Positions 31,018-40,755 of a stretch of 64,000 nucleotides of DNA are shown piece after piece. How positions within the stretch are numbered: the first letter of the stretch is position 1; every line of letters begins with the position of its first letter. The position numbers were made by a program, and so were the translations under genes. The stretch spans positions 364,791-428,790 of the forward strand of contig JBAZTV010000001.1 in the NCBI GenBank assembly GCA_041661765.1, written 5' to 3'. The notes below the pieces were generated by a model. The model was not told where the DNA came from and ran no database searches. It worked only from the letters and a program-made list of their open reading frames with translations. Origin of the DNA: Candidatus Shapirobacteria bacterium. Lineage in GTDB: Bacteria > Patescibacteriota > Microgenomatia > UBA12405.

Positions 31018-31290
31018 ATGTCCAGAAGTTCTAAAAAAGGTCCATACATCGATCCAAAGCTACTTGAAAAAATAACTAAAGGCGGTACTGAGGCTATAAA
31101 AACTTGGGCCAGAAGAAGCCAGATTTCTCCTGAATTCATCGGGAAAAATTTTGAAGTTCACAATGGTAAAAAATTTATTAATGTCTATGTCACTGAAGAT
31201 ATGGTTGGTCATCGCTTAGGCGAATTTGCCGCTACTAGAACCTTCAAAGGTCATGGACGTATTGTTAAAAGAGTTATCGCAAAGACGTAA
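31018..31290 (+). CDS. rpsS: 30S ribosomal protein S19
   Basis: [11 protein letters not shown]...VGHRLGEFA. Confidence 0.92.
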   Translation: MSRSSKKGPYIDPKLLEKITKGGTEAIKTWARRSQISPEFIGKNFEVHNGKKFINVYVTEDMVGHRLGEFAATRTFKGHGRIVKRVIAKT

Positions 31291-31293
31291 ACT

Positions 31294-31803
31294 ATGGCTC
31301 AAGAAATTAAAAAAACTAATACAAAAGCTAAAATTGTCGAAACTAAAGTCACTAAAACTAAAGTTTCAAAAATTAAAGAAGCTGTAGTCAAAGCAGTTTC
31401 ACCAGTCATTAAAACTCCTAAAGTTGAAAAATCAACCACTGCGTCCGCCTCTGGTGGAAATGTGGCCAAATATCTCAACAAAAATCTTATGATTTCTCCT
31501 CGAAAATTAAGACTTTTAGTTAATAATATTAGAAAAATGACTCCAGTCGAAGCTTTAGCCAGACTAAAATTTACTAATACGAAAGCCGCTCGTATCACCA
31601 TTAAAGCTCTTCAAAATGTCATTGCCGATGCTAAAAACAATTTCAATCTCGATGAAAATTCTTTAAAATTCGATCTCCTTAAAGTTGACGAAGCCTTAAA
31701 AATCAAGAGAATGGATAAATCCCATGGTTCTCGATTTGCTCGCGGTCTTATTCAAAAAAGGCACAGTCGACTAGTTATACATGTTAAAGGTAATCAAAAG
31801 TAA
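31294..31803 (+). CDS. rplV: 50S ribosomal protein L22 with a ~55-aa Lys/Thr/Val-rich N-terminal extension
   Basis: L22 core from AKYLNKNLMISPRKLRLLVNNIRKM onward. Confidence 0.88.
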   Translation: MAQEIKKTNTKAKIVETKVTKTKVSKIKEAVVKAVSPVIKTPKVEKSTTASASGGNVAKYLNKNLMISPRKLRLLVNNIRKMTPVEALARLKFTNTKAARITIKALQNVIADAKNNFNLDENSLKFDLLKVDEALKIKRMDKSHGSRFARGLIQKRHSRLVIHVKGNQK

Positions 31804-31805
31804 TT

Positions 31806-32447
31806 ATGGGTCAAAAAATTAATCCAATTGGTTTTAGGTTAGAGACTGTCAAAAACAGTCCTCAATGGCAATCATCTTGGTATGCCAATGCCAAAAAATA
31901 TAGTATCTATCTTTTAGAAGACAAAAATATTAGAGATTTTGTCCAAAAGAAATTTAATTCTGCCGGCATCGTTTCTGTAAAAATCGAGCGATCTGTTAAA
32001 AAAATTAAATTAATTTTAGTTGTTTCCCGACCAGGTTTAGTCATTGGTCGTGGCGGTAAGGAATTAGAAACTATCAAAAAAGAAGTTCAAAGATTACTTT
32101 TTAAAGCCAGTGGTAAACAGGGTGTTGAAATCCAAGTTGAAGAATTCAAACATGTCGATCTTTCTGCCAAATTAGTTGCCGAAAAAATTGCTTTCCAGTT
32201 AACCAAAAGAATGCCATATCGACGAATCGTCTTATCAGCCATGGAAAAATCAATTTCTTCAGGTGCAAAAGGTATCAAAATTGTTCTTTCTGGACGTATT
32301 AATGGTGCTGAAATCGGTCGCCGAGAAAAATTTTCCCAAGGTACCGTTCCACTTAGTACTATTCGTTCTCATATTGACTATCATGAATGTCCATCGCTAA
32401 CCAGATCTGGTTACATTGGCGTCAAAGTTTATTTATGTTTAGGCTAA
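31806..32447 (+). CDS. rpsC: 30S ribosomal protein S3
   Basis: MGQKINPIGFRL N-terminus, KH domain. Confidence 0.92.
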   Translation: MGQKINPIGFRLETVKNSPQWQSSWYANAKKYSIYLLEDKNIRDFVQKKFNSAGIVSVKIERSVKKIKLILVVSRPGLVIGRGGKELETIKKEVQRLLFKASGKQGVEIQVEEFKHVDLSAKLVAEKIAFQLTKRMPYRRIVLSAMEKSISSGAKGIKIVLSGRINGAEIGRREKFSQGTVPLSTIRSHIDYHECPSLTRSGYIGVKVYLCLG

Positions 32448-32453
32448 ACCATT

Positions 32454-32855
32454 ATGTTACAACCAAGTCGAACCAAATATCGAAAACAATTTAGAGGTAA
32501 AATGAGAGGATTATCTAAAGGTAACTTAGTTGCTTTTGGCGAGTATGGTCTCAAATCTCTTGATTGTAGTTGGATTACTGCCAATCAATTAGAGTCCGCT
32601 CGTCGTGCTATCGCTCATGCCACCAAAAGAAATGGTCGTATTTGGATCAGAATTTTTCCAGACAAACCTATAACTGAAAAAGGTACTGGTACTATGGGCG
32701 CTGGAAAAGGCGATGTCAAAGGTTACGTTGCTGTTATTAAACCAGGTCGAATCATGTTTGAAGTTTCCGGTATTACCGAAACTGAAGCCAAAGAAGCTTT
32801 AAAATTAGCCGCAGCTAAATTACCAGTTAAATGCAAAATCGTTAATCGAAAATAG
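32454..32855 (+). CDS. rplP: 50S ribosomal protein L16
   Basis: [19 protein letters not shown]. Confidence 0.92.
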   Translation: MLQPSRTKYRKQFRGKMRGLSKGNLVAFGEYGLKSLDCSWITANQLESARRAIAHATKRNGRIWIRIFPDKPITEKGTGTMGAGKGDVKGYVAVIKPGRIMFEVSGITETEAKEALKLAAAKLPVKCKIVNRK

Positions 32856-32866
32856 GGGTAGATTTT

Positions 32867-33076
32867 ATGAAAAAAACTGATAAAATTTCCTACAGACAAA
32901 AAAGCACCGAAGAACTATCAAAGAATCTTTTAGATCTTCGTAAAAAGTTTATTGAAGCCAAAGCCAAATCGGCCACTGGCAATCAAAAAGACACTTCTGT
33001 CTTCTCAAAAATTAAATACGAGATTGCTTTAATCTCGACTCTTATTCAAGAAAAAAAACATGATAAAGAAAATTAA
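32867..33076 (+). CDS. rpmC: 50S ribosomal protein L29
   Basis: Small helical protein; position between L16 and S17. Confidence 0.8.
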   Translation: MKKTDKISYRQKSTEELSKNLLDLRKKFIEAKAKSATGNQKDTSVFSKIKYEIALISTLIQEKKHDKEN

Positions 33077-33320
33077 TACTAATGGTAAAACATTCGAAGG
33101 TAGCGTCATTTCAGATAAAATGACCAACACTATCGTCGTTTCTCTTGAATATACCCGTCGACATCCTCTTTATAAAAAAATTATCAAAAAACATAAAAAT
33201 ATTTATGCCGAAAACAATTTATCAGCCAAAATAGGGGATAAAGTTAAAGTTCGAGAAACTCGACCTTTAAGTAAACTTAAAAGATTTACCACTTTAGCCA
33301 TTACTAAAAAGTCTATCTAA
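33060..33320 (+). CDS. rpsQ: 30S ribosomal protein S17
   Basis: GSVISDKMTNTIVVSLEYTRRHPLYKK. Confidence 0.9.
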   Translation: MIKKINTNGKTFEGSVISDKMTNTIVVSLEYTRRHPLYKKIIKKHKNIYAENNLSAKIGDKVKVRETRPLSKLKRFTTLAITKKSI

Positions 33321-33322
33321 TT

Positions 33323-33694
33323 ATGTCTGTCCAATTAAGAAGTATTATTAAACCAGCAGATAATTGTGGAGCTAAATCCGTCCAGGTTATCCACGTCTAC
33401 AAAGGCCATTTCCATAAGAAAGGCACCATTGGCGACACTGTCTTAGCTGTTGTTAAAACTGCCATTCCAAATGGTTTAGTTAAGAAAAAAGAAAAAGTTA
33501 AAATGGTTATCGTTCGCACCAGAAAAGAATTTGGTCGAGTCGATGGCTCTTACATTCGCTTTAATGACAACGCTGGTGTTATAATCGATTCTCAAAATAA
33601 TCCACGAGGTACCAGAATCTTTGGACCAATCGCTCGTGAAATTAAAGATTTAGGTTTTAATAAAATTGCCTCCATGGCTAAAGAGGTTTACTAA
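33323..33694 (+). CDS. rplN: 50S ribosomal protein L14
   Basis: MSVQLRSIIKPADNCGAK. Confidence 0.92.
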   Translation: MSVQLRSIIKPADNCGAKSVQVIHVYKGHFHKKGTIGDTVLAVVKTAIPNGLVKKKEKVKMVIVRTRKEFGRVDGSYIRFNDNAGVIIDSQNNPRGTRIFGPIAREIKDLGFNKIASMAKEVY

Positions 33695-33696
33695 CT

Positions 33697-34023
33697 ATGA
33701 AAATATTAAAAGGCGACACCGTCAAAATTTTAATTGGAAAAGACAAGGGTCGTGAAGGTCTCATTGTCAAAACCATGCCCAAAAAAGATAAAGTTGTTAT
33801 CCAGGGTATGAATTTATATAAAAAATGTATTAAACCTAGCCAAGGCAAACCAGGTTCTATTGTTACAAAAGAAAGAGCCATGACTGTTTCTAAAGTCGCT
33901 GTAATCTGTCCAAGCTGTAAAAAAGTCATCCGAGTTGCTTATCAAATCGATAAATCAGGTGAAAAATCTAGAATTTGCCGTAAATGTAAATCTATGTTAA
34001 ATTCACCAGTCATTAAAAAATAA
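33697..34023 (+). CDS. rplX: 50S ribosomal protein L24 with a C-terminal C-x2-C...C-x2-C zinc-ribbon extension
   Basis: KOW motif ILKGDTVKILIGKDKGREG, then CPSCKK...CRKCK. Confidence 0.88.
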   Translation: MKILKGDTVKILIGKDKGREGLIVKTMPKKDKVVIQGMNLYKKCIKPSQGKPGSIVTKERAMTVSKVAVICPSCKKVIRVAYQIDKSGEKSRICRKCKSMLNSPVIKK

Positions 34024-34025
34024 CT

Positions 34026-34571
34026 ATGTTAAAAACAATCATCGAAACCACTATTAAAGAAAATTTAATCAAAGCCACTTCAAAAGATCGTAATGTTTTT
34101 TCTTTACCAAAATTAAAAAAAGTAGTCATTAATTATCGTGTTTCTGATGCTCGTGAAAGCCAAGAATCCTTGATCGCTGCCACCGAAGAATTAGTTGCCA
34201 TTACTGGTCAAAAACCAAAGCTTTGTAAAGCAAAAAAAGCTGTTTCTGCTTTTAAACTTAGAGAAAACGACCCCTTAGCCCTAAAAGTTACCCTTCGAGG
34301 AGCCAGAATGTACGATTTTATCGAAAAATTATTTAATTTAGTTTTACCTAGACTTCGTGATTTTAAAGGTTTACCTGAAACTGCTTTCGATTCTGAAGGT
34401 AATTATAATATGACAATCAAAGATCAAACCTTTTTTCCAGAAATTAATCTTGATAAAATTAATAAAATTCGACCAGTGCAGATCACCATGAATATTAATG
34501 CCTCTTCAAAAGAGGAAGCAAAAATGTTATTATCAGCCTTAGGTTTTCCTTTTACCAAAAAAATAAAATAA
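34026..34571 (+). CDS. rplE: 50S ribosomal protein L5
   Basis: L5 family; position. Confidence 0.9.
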   Translation: MLKTIIETTIKENLIKATSKDRNVFSLPKLKKVVINYRVSDARESQESLIAATEELVAITGQKPKLCKAKKAVSAFKLRENDPLALKVTLRGARMYDFIEKLFNLVLPRLRDFKGLPETAFDSEGNYNMTIKDQTFFPEINLDKINKIRPVQITMNINASSKEEAKMLLSALGFPFTKKIK

Positions 34572-34574
34572 ATT

Positions 34575-34760
34575 ATGGCTACCTTAGCAAAAATTGTCAG
34601 AGAAGACAAAAAATTAAAATACAGCTGCCGACATCATAACCGATGTCACATTTGTGGTCGACCTCATGGTTTTATTCGTTTATTTGGCATCTGCCGACTT
34701 TGCTTTCGCAAATTAGCTCATGCTGGAATGCTTCCTGGTGTTAAAAAAGCCAGTTGGTAA
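34575..34760 (+). CDS. rpsN: 30S ribosomal protein S14 type Z (zinc-binding)
   Basis: 61 aa with [15 protein letters not shown]...CRLCFR. Confidence 0.9.
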   Translation: MATLAKIVREDKKLKYSCRHHNRCHICGRPHGFIRLFGICRLCFRKLAHAGMLPGVKKASW

Positions 34761-34767
34761 TAAAAAT

Positions 34768-35157
34768 ATGCATCAATCAACATCAATCGATTTTATAATT
34801 AGAATTAAAAATGGCTACAAAGCTGGCCGAAAAACTATTCTGGCTCCAGCTTCCAATTTTTGTGTTGCCATCGCCGAATTATTAAAGAAAACTGGATTTA
34901 TTACCGATTTTTCAATTGCCGGTGATGTCAAAAAAGAAATGACCATTAAATTAGCTTATAAAAATAACGAACCTCGCGTTAGTGACGTTTCTTTATTTTC
35001 TAAGCCTGGTCGTCGCATCTACGAAAAAAATTCTTCCCTTCCTTGGGGTAAAAACCCCAAGTCATTAATCATTGTTTCCACTTCCAGCGGAGTTATGTCT
35101 CAAAAAGAGGCTAAAGTCAAAGGTCTTGGTGGAGAAATTATTGCCGAAATCTGGTAA
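34768..35157 (+). CDS. rpsH: 30S ribosomal protein S8
   Basis: S8 family; true start MHQSTSID at 34768, while the track ORF starts upstream at 34720. Confidence 0.88.
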   Translation: MHQSTSIDFIIRIKNGYKAGRKTILAPASNFCVAIAELLKKTGFITDFSIAGDVKKEMTIKLAYKNNEPRVSDVSLFSKPGRRIYEKNSSLPWGKNPKSLIIVSTSSGVMSQKEAKVKGLGGEIIAEIW

Positions 35158-35163
35158 ACCATT

Positions 35164-35703
35164 ATGTCAAGAATAGGTAAACAATTAATAGATATTCCAA
35201 CCGGAGTCATTGTCGTTGTTAATTCCAATGAGGTTACCGTTACTGGTCCAAAAGGTGAATTAAAATTAAACATTGCTCCAAAAATTAACGTCGAAGTCAA
35301 AGACAATCAAGTTTTTGTCACTCGCGTTTCTGAAGATAAAAAAACCAAAGCTAATCATGGCACCACCCGAGCTCATATCAATAATATGATTCAAGGTGTA
35401 GTCGAACCATGGAAAAAAGAAATGGAAATCAAAGGTACTGGTTACAAAGCCATTTTAATGGGTAATAAAGTCAGACTTAATGTTGGCTACATTCATCCAG
35501 TCGACATCGAAGCTCCAGTCGGCATTACTTTTCAAGTTCCAGAAGACACTAAAATTATAATCACTGGTTGTAATAAAACTGTTGTCGGTCAAATTGCCAG
35601 TAATATTCGCAAAGTCAGAAAGCCAGAACCATACAAGGGTAAAGGTATTAGATATGCTAATGAATTTATAAAACTTAAAGCTGGTAAAAAAGCTAAAGCC
35701 TAA
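35164..35703 (+). CDS. rplF: 50S ribosomal protein L6
   Basis: MSRIGKQLIDIPTGV. Confidence 0.9.
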   Translation: MSRIGKQLIDIPTGVIVVVNSNEVTVTGPKGELKLNIAPKINVEVKDNQVFVTRVSEDKKTKANHGTTRAHINNMIQGVVEPWKKEMEIKGTGYKAILMGNKVRLNVGYIHPVDIEAPVGITFQVPEDTKIIITGCNKTVVGQIASNIRKVRKPEPYKGKGIRYANEFIKLKAGKKAKA

Positions 35704-35710
35704 AAATAAT

Positions 35711-36055
35711 ATGATTATACACAATCCAAAACAAAGAAGACAAAATCGAGTTAGAGCTAAATTAGCCCTAAATTCAGGTGTTCCTCGATTAACAGTTTTT
35801 AGGAGCAATCAGCATCTTTGGGCTCAAATCATTGATGATAAACATGGTCGAACTTTAGTTTCAACTTCTACCAAATCATTAAAATTAGATAAAGGCACTA
35901 AAACCGAAAAAGCCATTGCTGTTGGTGAGCAAATTGCCATTCTAGCTCAAGAAAAAAATATTTCCAAAGTTAGATTTGATCGTGGACTTTATCGTTATCA
36001 TGGTCGTGTTAAAGCTCTTGCCGATGGAGCTCGTTCTAAAGGTTTAAACTTTTAA
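35711..36055 (+). CDS. rplR: 50S ribosomal protein L18
   Basis: L18 family; position. Confidence 0.88.
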   Translation: MIIHNPKQRRQNRVRAKLALNSGVPRLTVFRSNQHLWAQIIDDKHGRTLVSTSTKSLKLDKGTKTEKAIAVGEQIAILAQEKNISKVRFDRGLYRYHGRVKALADGARSKGLNF

Positions 36056-36059
36056 TAAT

Positions 36060-36527
36060 ATGGATAATAATCAAAGATATCAAAAATACGAAAAACCAAT
36101 CAGTGAATTTACTGATAAAGTTGTTCAAATTAAAAGAGTTTCCAAAAAAACCAAAGGTGGAAATCAAATCCATTTCACCGCCTTAGTTGTTTCTGGTGAT
36201 AAAAAAAACCGAGTTGGTGTTGGTTTAGGTAAAGCTAAATCAGTTGCTGATGCCATTCAAAAAGGTATTAAAAAAGCTCAAAAAGGTCTAATCACTATTC
36301 CTATTATTGATGGCACCATTTCTGGTTCTATCACTTTAAAATTCAAAGGAGCAGTCGTTTTAATCAGACCTGGTAAAAAAGGAAGTGGCCTTATTGCTGG
36401 TGGTCCTGTTCGAGCCGTTGTTGAATTAGCTGGCATTCAAGATATCGTCAGTAAAATCATTGGTTCTAAAAATAAATCAATTAATGTTTGGGCTGCTTTA
36501 AAAGCTCTTTCTACCCTTAAAAAATAA
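36060..36527 (+). CDS. rpsE: 30S ribosomal protein S5
   Basis: S5 dsRBD plus C-domain; position. rplO follows directly, so no L30 gene is present. Confidence 0.9.
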   Translation: MDNNQRYQKYEKPISEFTDKVVQIKRVSKKTKGGNQIHFTALVVSGDKKNRVGVGLGKAKSVADAIQKGIKKAQKGLITIPIIDGTISGSITLKFKGAVVLIRPGKKGSGLIAGGPVRAVVELAGIQDIVSKIIGSKNKSINVWAALKALSTLKK

Positions 36528-36528
36528 T

Positions 36529-36978
36529 ATGGAAATTTTAACTAAATTAACTAAAATAACTACCAAATCAGCTCGTCGCATTGGTCGAGGTATTGGTTCT
36601 GGAACCGGTGGTCACACTGTTGGTCGTGGTGCAAAAGGTCGCAACGCTCGAGGTAAGACTGCTTTAACTTTTGCTGGCACCAAAATTAAAAAATCATGGA
36701 TTAAAAGACTTCCATTTTTAAGAGGTAAACATCGTCTTCAAAATAGAAAAAATATTATTAATATCAATCTAACTCAAATTGATAAATGGTTTAAAGCCGA
36801 TGAAGTTGTTGATACAGCTTCGATTTCCAAAAAATCTAAAATAACTTTAAAAAAATTACATGCTGGTTTTAAAATTTTAGCTACTGGTGATATCACCAAA
36901 GCTTTAACGGTAAAAGGTCTCGCTCTTTCCCAAGTTGCTAAAAACAAAATTATTGCAGCAGGTGGTAATATAGAGTAA
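36529..36978 (+). CDS. rplO: 50S ribosomal protein L15
   Basis: Gly/Arg-rich N-terminus GRGIGSGTGGHTVGRGAKG. Confidence 0.9.
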   Translation: MEILTKLTKITTKSARRIGRGIGSGTGGHTVGRGAKGRNARGKTALTFAGTKIKKSWIKRLPFLRGKHRLQNRKNIININLTQIDKWFKADEVVDTASISKKSKITLKKLHAGFKILATGDITKALTVKGLALSQVAKNKIIAAGGNIE

Positions 36979-38258
36979 TGAATCTGATAGTTAAGTCACT
37001 TCTCTTATATTATGAGGGTCTAAAAACTCCTATTTTTAGGAAAAAATTTACCATTACTATTTTGCTTTTGGTTTTTTTTCGTCTTATTGCCCACATTCCA
37101 GTTCCTGGTGTTAACTTAGTTCTTTTAAAACAGTTTTTTTCTCAAAATCAACTCTTATCTTTATTAGATATTTTTTCCGGTGGAACTTTGGCCAATTTTT
37201 CTATCGCCGCTTTAGGTTTAAATCCATACATCAATGCTTCAGTTATGATGCAGCTTTTAGCGTTAGTTGTTCCTCAACTTGAAGAACTTCGTAAAGAAGG
37301 TGAATACGGCCGAGCCAAAATTAATCAGTATACTCGTATTGCTACCATTCCTTTCGCTATCATCAATGGTATTGGTATGATTACTATTTTAAAATCTCAA
37401 AACATTATCACCGATTTCTCACCTCTAACTCTTATTGGCATGGTTTGTAGCATGTTGGCTGGCACCATGATTATGATTTTTTTAGGTGAAATGATCAATC
37501 TCTACGGAGTTGGTAATGGTATCTCAATGCTTATCTTTGCTGGTATTATTTGTCGATTGCCGATTATGTTTTTTCAAACAATGACTACCACGGATTTTTC
37601 AAATCCTCAAAACACTTTAAATATTTTTATGTTGGCTGTAATGGCCTTAGCACTAGTTTTTTGTATCGTTCTAGTTGAAGAAGCCATTCTTCGTGTTCCT
37701 ATAAACTATGCCAAACGTGGCCAATCAACCTATCTTCCCATAAAAGTCAACACCGCTGGTGTTATGCCCATTATTTTTGCTGTTTCCCTTGCCACTATTC
37801 CTTCATTATTAGGCCAATTTTTAGGTAAAGTTCCAAATCATTTTATTGCAAGCACTGCCGTTGCTTTTGGTAATCTCTTTGCCACTGATGGTTACGCATA
37901 TATGGTTTTTTACTTTTTATTAGTCATGGGTTTCACTTTTTTCTACACTTCAGTTATTTTCAAACCCAAAGACATTGCCGACGAATTAAGAAAATCTGGT
38001 GGTTTCATCCCTGGGATTCGTCCTGGTATTTCTACCGAAAAGCGTCTTAAATTTTTAATAAACAGAGTTATTGTTGTCGGTTCAGTATTTCTAGGGTTAA
38101 TTGCTGTCTCTCCTTCTATTGTTCAAAAAATGACTGGTATTACTACTATTACCATTGGTGGAACCAGTGTTCTTATCGTTGTTGCTGTTATTATCGAATT
38201 AACTCGAAAATTAGAAAATGTCGTTCAAGCCCAAAACTACGACAAACTTTCTTATTAA
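36978..38258 (+). CDS. secY: Preprotein translocase subunit SecY
   Basis: 10-TM SecY family; position after rplO. Confidence 0.92.
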   Translation: MNLIVKSLLLYYEGLKTPIFRKKFTITILLLVFFRLIAHIPVPGVNLVLLKQFFSQNQLLSLLDIFSGGTLANFSIAALGLNPYINASVMMQLLALVVPQLEELRKEGEYGRAKINQYTRIATIPFAIINGIGMITILKSQNIITDFSPLTLIGMVCSMLAGTMIMIFLGEMINLYGVGNGISMLIFAGIICRLPIMFFQTMTTTDFSNPQNTLNIFMLAVMALALVFCIVLVEEAILRVPINYAKRGQSTYLPIKVNTAGVMPIIFAVSLATIPSLLGQFLGKVPNHFIASTAVAFGNLFATDGYAYMVFYFLLVMGFTFFYTSVIFKPKDIADELRKSGGFIPGIRPGISTEKRLKFLINRVIVVGSVFLGLIAVSPSIVQKMTGITTITIGGTSVLIVVAVIIELTRKLENVVQAQNYDKLSY

Positions 38259-38278
38259 TATTTAATTTTAATTAAAAG

Positions 38279-38866
38279 ATGTCTTTAAATTTATTCATAA
38301 TTGGTCCATCAGGCTGTGGTAAATCCACTCAAGCCAAATTAATCGCTCAAAAGTACAACCTTACTCATTTATCTATGGGTCAGCTTCTTCGTGATGAAAT
38401 TGCTGCTGCTTCCGAAATTGGCCTAAAAGCCAAATCAATAGTTGATTCTGGAAATTTAGTCCCAGATGAAATTGCTTTTACTGTTTTAACTAATAATTTG
38501 ACTAAAATTAATTATCAAAATTTTATTATCGACGGTTTTCCTCGAATTTTAACTCAAGGTCAATTTATTGAAAACTTTTTATCTAACAAAAACCAACCTT
38601 TAGATCAAATCATTAATTTAGATGTTACTTTTGAGGAAATTCAAACCCGTCGTGATAAACTAGGTGATTCCTTTCAAGACCAAAGTCGTACCGATTCCAC
38701 CCCCGAAGCCATCGCCGCTCGCCAAAAATTTTACGACAAAAACAATGATTTAATAATGGATTATTTTCAGTCCAAAAATCTTTTATTCCGAACCGATGGT
38801 AATCGTCCCATCGAGCCAATTTTTAAAGATATCTGTCAAAAAATTAATAGTTTATCCCAAATTTAA
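38279..38866 (+). CDS. adk: Adenylate kinase (short-LID type)
   Basis: P-loop GPSGCGKST and GFPR motif. Confidence 0.88.
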   Translation: MSLNLFIIGPSGCGKSTQAKLIAQKYNLTHLSMGQLLRDEIAAASEIGLKAKSIVDSGNLVPDEIAFTVLTNNLTKINYQNFIIDGFPRILTQGQFIENFLSNKNQPLDQIINLDVTFEEIQTRRDKLGDSFQDQSRTDSTPEAIAARQKFYDKNNDLIMDYFQSKNLLFRTDGNRPIEPIFKDICQKINSLSQI

Positions 38867-38873
38867 TTTCTTA

Positions 38874-39077
38874 ATGAAAGAACCAACTGTTAGAGGTCAA
38901 GTAACTGAAATCTTGCCTAATTCCTTATTTAGAGTTAAACTCGAGGGTGGCAATGAAATTATTGCTCATCTGGCTGGAAAACTTCGAATGCACCACATTC
39001 GAGTTATGACTGGAGATAATGTTTCTTTAGTCCTCAGTCCAGAAGGAGAAAAAGGTAGAATTGTCTACCGAATATAA
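38874..39077 (+). CDS. infA: Translation initiation factor IF-1
   Basis: MKEPTVRGQVTEILPNSLFRVKLEGGNEIIAHLAGKLR; the track ORF starts upstream at 38796. Confidence 0.9.
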   Translation: MKEPTVRGQVTEILPNSLFRVKLEGGNEIIAHLAGKLRMHHIRVMTGDNVSLVLSPEGEKGRIVYRI

Positions 39078-39134
39078 ATTAAACTTACTCTTTGATATTG
39101 TTGCCGTTTTAGGTTACAATATCCAAGTTCCTAT

Positions 39135-39248
39135 ATGAAAGTAAAATCTAGTATTAAATGTCGATGTAAAAACTGTAAAATAGTTCTCCGCAGGGGAGCT
39201 CGACGTGTTATTTGTTCTACAAAAAGACATACCCAAAGACAGGGTTAA
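39135..39248 (+). CDS. rpmJ: 50S ribosomal protein L36 (37 aa; under the ORF-track length cutoff)
   Basis: Manual translation gives [37 protein letters not shown], the zinc-ribbon L36 pattern, between infA and rpsM. Confidence 0.85.
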   Translation: MKVKSSIKCRCKNCKIVLRRGARRVICSTKRHTQRQG

Positions 39249-39256
39249 TTTAAAAT

Positions 39257-39676
39257 ATGAGAATTGTTGGTGTTGAAATTCCAGATAATGAAAGAGCCGA
39301 GATTGGTTTAACTCGTTTTTTTGGCATTGGCAGAACCAATGTTAAAGAATTGGCAAAAAAAGCCAAAATTGATTTAGATACTAGAATTAAAGATCTTTCT
39401 CGTGACGATGTTGCTAGTTTAATGAAAGCTCTTGAATCATTTAAAGTCGAAGGTGATCTTAAAAAAGAAATCAGAGAAAGCATTGATCGTTTAAAAGCCA
39501 TCAGAGCTTATCGTGGTATTCGTCATATTGTTAGTCTTCCAGTACGCGGTCAACGAACTAAAACTAATTCTCGCACAAGAAAAGGTAAGAAAAAGACTGT
39601 TGGTTCATTAACTAAAGAAGCTTGGGCAAAAATTGAAGCCCAACAAAAAGCTGCTAGTAATAACAGTAATAAATAA
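39257..39676 (+). CDS. rpsM: 30S ribosomal protein S13
   Basis: MRIVGVEIPDNERAEIGLTRFFGIG. Confidence 0.92.
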   Translation: MRIVGVEIPDNERAEIGLTRFFGIGRTNVKELAKKAKIDLDTRIKDLSRDDVASLMKALESFKVEGDLKKEIRESIDRLKAIRAYRGIRHIVSLPVRGQRTKTNSRTRKGKKKTVGSLTKEAWAKIEAQQKAASNNSNK

Positions 39677-39687
39677 TTAATTCAAAA

Positions 39688-40098
39688 ATGGCAGAAAAAA
39701 ATATTAAAAACAAAAGCACTACCGCTAATAAAAAGAAAACTTTTAAAAATATTGCTGAAGGCCGACTTTATATCCAGTCAACTTTTAATAACACTATTGT
39801 TACTGTTACTGACAGCAAAGGCAAAGCCCTTACTTGGTCTAGTGCTGGAAATTGTGGTTTTAAAGGAGCTAGGAAATCCACTCCTTTTGCCGCTACTACT
39901 GCTATTGAAAAGACTTTAGAAGAGGCAAAAAAACATGGCGTTAAAAAATTAGCAGTTTATTTGAAAGGTCCAGGCTCAGGTCGAGATGCTGCTCTCAGAT
40001 ATCTCCGAACTAAAAGAGATTTTGATATCGACATGATCTCTGATGTCACCCCAGTCCCTCACAATGGCCCACGACCTCCAAAACAAAGAAGAGTTTAA
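39688..40098 (+). CDS. rpsK: 30S ribosomal protein S11
   Basis: S11 family; position. Confidence 0.92.
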   Translation: MAEKNIKNKSTTANKKKTFKNIAEGRLYIQSTFNNTIVTVTDSKGKALTWSSAGNCGFKGARKSTPFAATTAIEKTLEEAKKHGVKKLAVYLKGPGSGRDAALRYLRTKRDFDIDMISDVTPVPHNGPRPPKQRRV

Positions 40099-40107
40099 TT
40101 AAAAAAT

Positions 40108-40740
40108 ATGTCAAGAATTACTTTAAACACCAAATGTCGACTCTGTCGAGCTGCTGGTTCCAAACTTTATTTAAAAGGAGTTCGCTGTAACTCTTCAAAA
40201 TGTCCTATCGAAAAGAAAGGTGCAGTCAAGCCAGGCATGCATGGTGCTAAAGGTGGCAGTAAGCCAACTGATTACGGTATTCAGCTTCGTGCCAAACAAA
40301 AAGCTAAAAGAATTTATGGTGTACAGGAAACGCAATTCAAAAATTATTATCTCAAAGCCAAAAAACTTAAAGGTTTAGTCGGTGACAATTTAATAATTCT
40401 TCTCGAAAAAAGATTAGACAATGTCCTTTATCAAGCTGGTTTAGTTTTATCCCGTTCTCTTTCCAAACAATTAATCAGTCATGGACATGTTTTAATTAAT
40501 GATAAAAAATTAGATATTGCCTCTTATGAAACCAAAATCGGTGATATTATCAGTTTTGATAATAAAACTGTTTCTTTCTATAAAGAAAATGTCCCCGCCG
40601 CGGAAAGCGATTTCAAAGCCCCTCAATGGCTTGATTTAAACAAAAAGAACTTTACTGTTAAAGTCATTTCCCTCCCAATTAGGGAAGAAATTGGCAATGA
40701 CATTGATGTCAATTTAATAATTGAATATTATTCAAGATAA
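40108..40740 (+). CDS. rpsD: 30S ribosomal protein S4 (Zn-ribbon form)
   Basis: CRLCRAAGSKLYLKGVRCNSSKCP. Confidence 0.9.
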   Translation: MSRITLNTKCRLCRAAGSKLYLKGVRCNSSKCPIEKKGAVKPGMHGAKGGSKPTDYGIQLRAKQKAKRIYGVQETQFKNYYLKAKKLKGLVGDNLIILLEKRLDNVLYQAGLVLSRSLSKQLISHGHVLINDKKLDIASYETKIGDIISFDNKTVSFYKENVPAAESDFKAPQWLDLNKKNFTVKVISLPIREEIGNDIDVNLIIEYYSR

Positions 40741-40755
40741 TAAAAAGGAGCTTCT

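Noticed and set aside
31299-31601. Minus-strand 100-aa ORF inside rplV and similar antisense ORFs in the ribosomal cluster (27312-27581, 27800-28086, 28184-28375, 29352-29570, 30081-30299, 32087-32278, 33678-33929, 34424-34609, 35100-35306, 35455-35808)
   Set aside because: All are antisense or overlapping to high-confidence ribosomal protein, tuf or secY genes.
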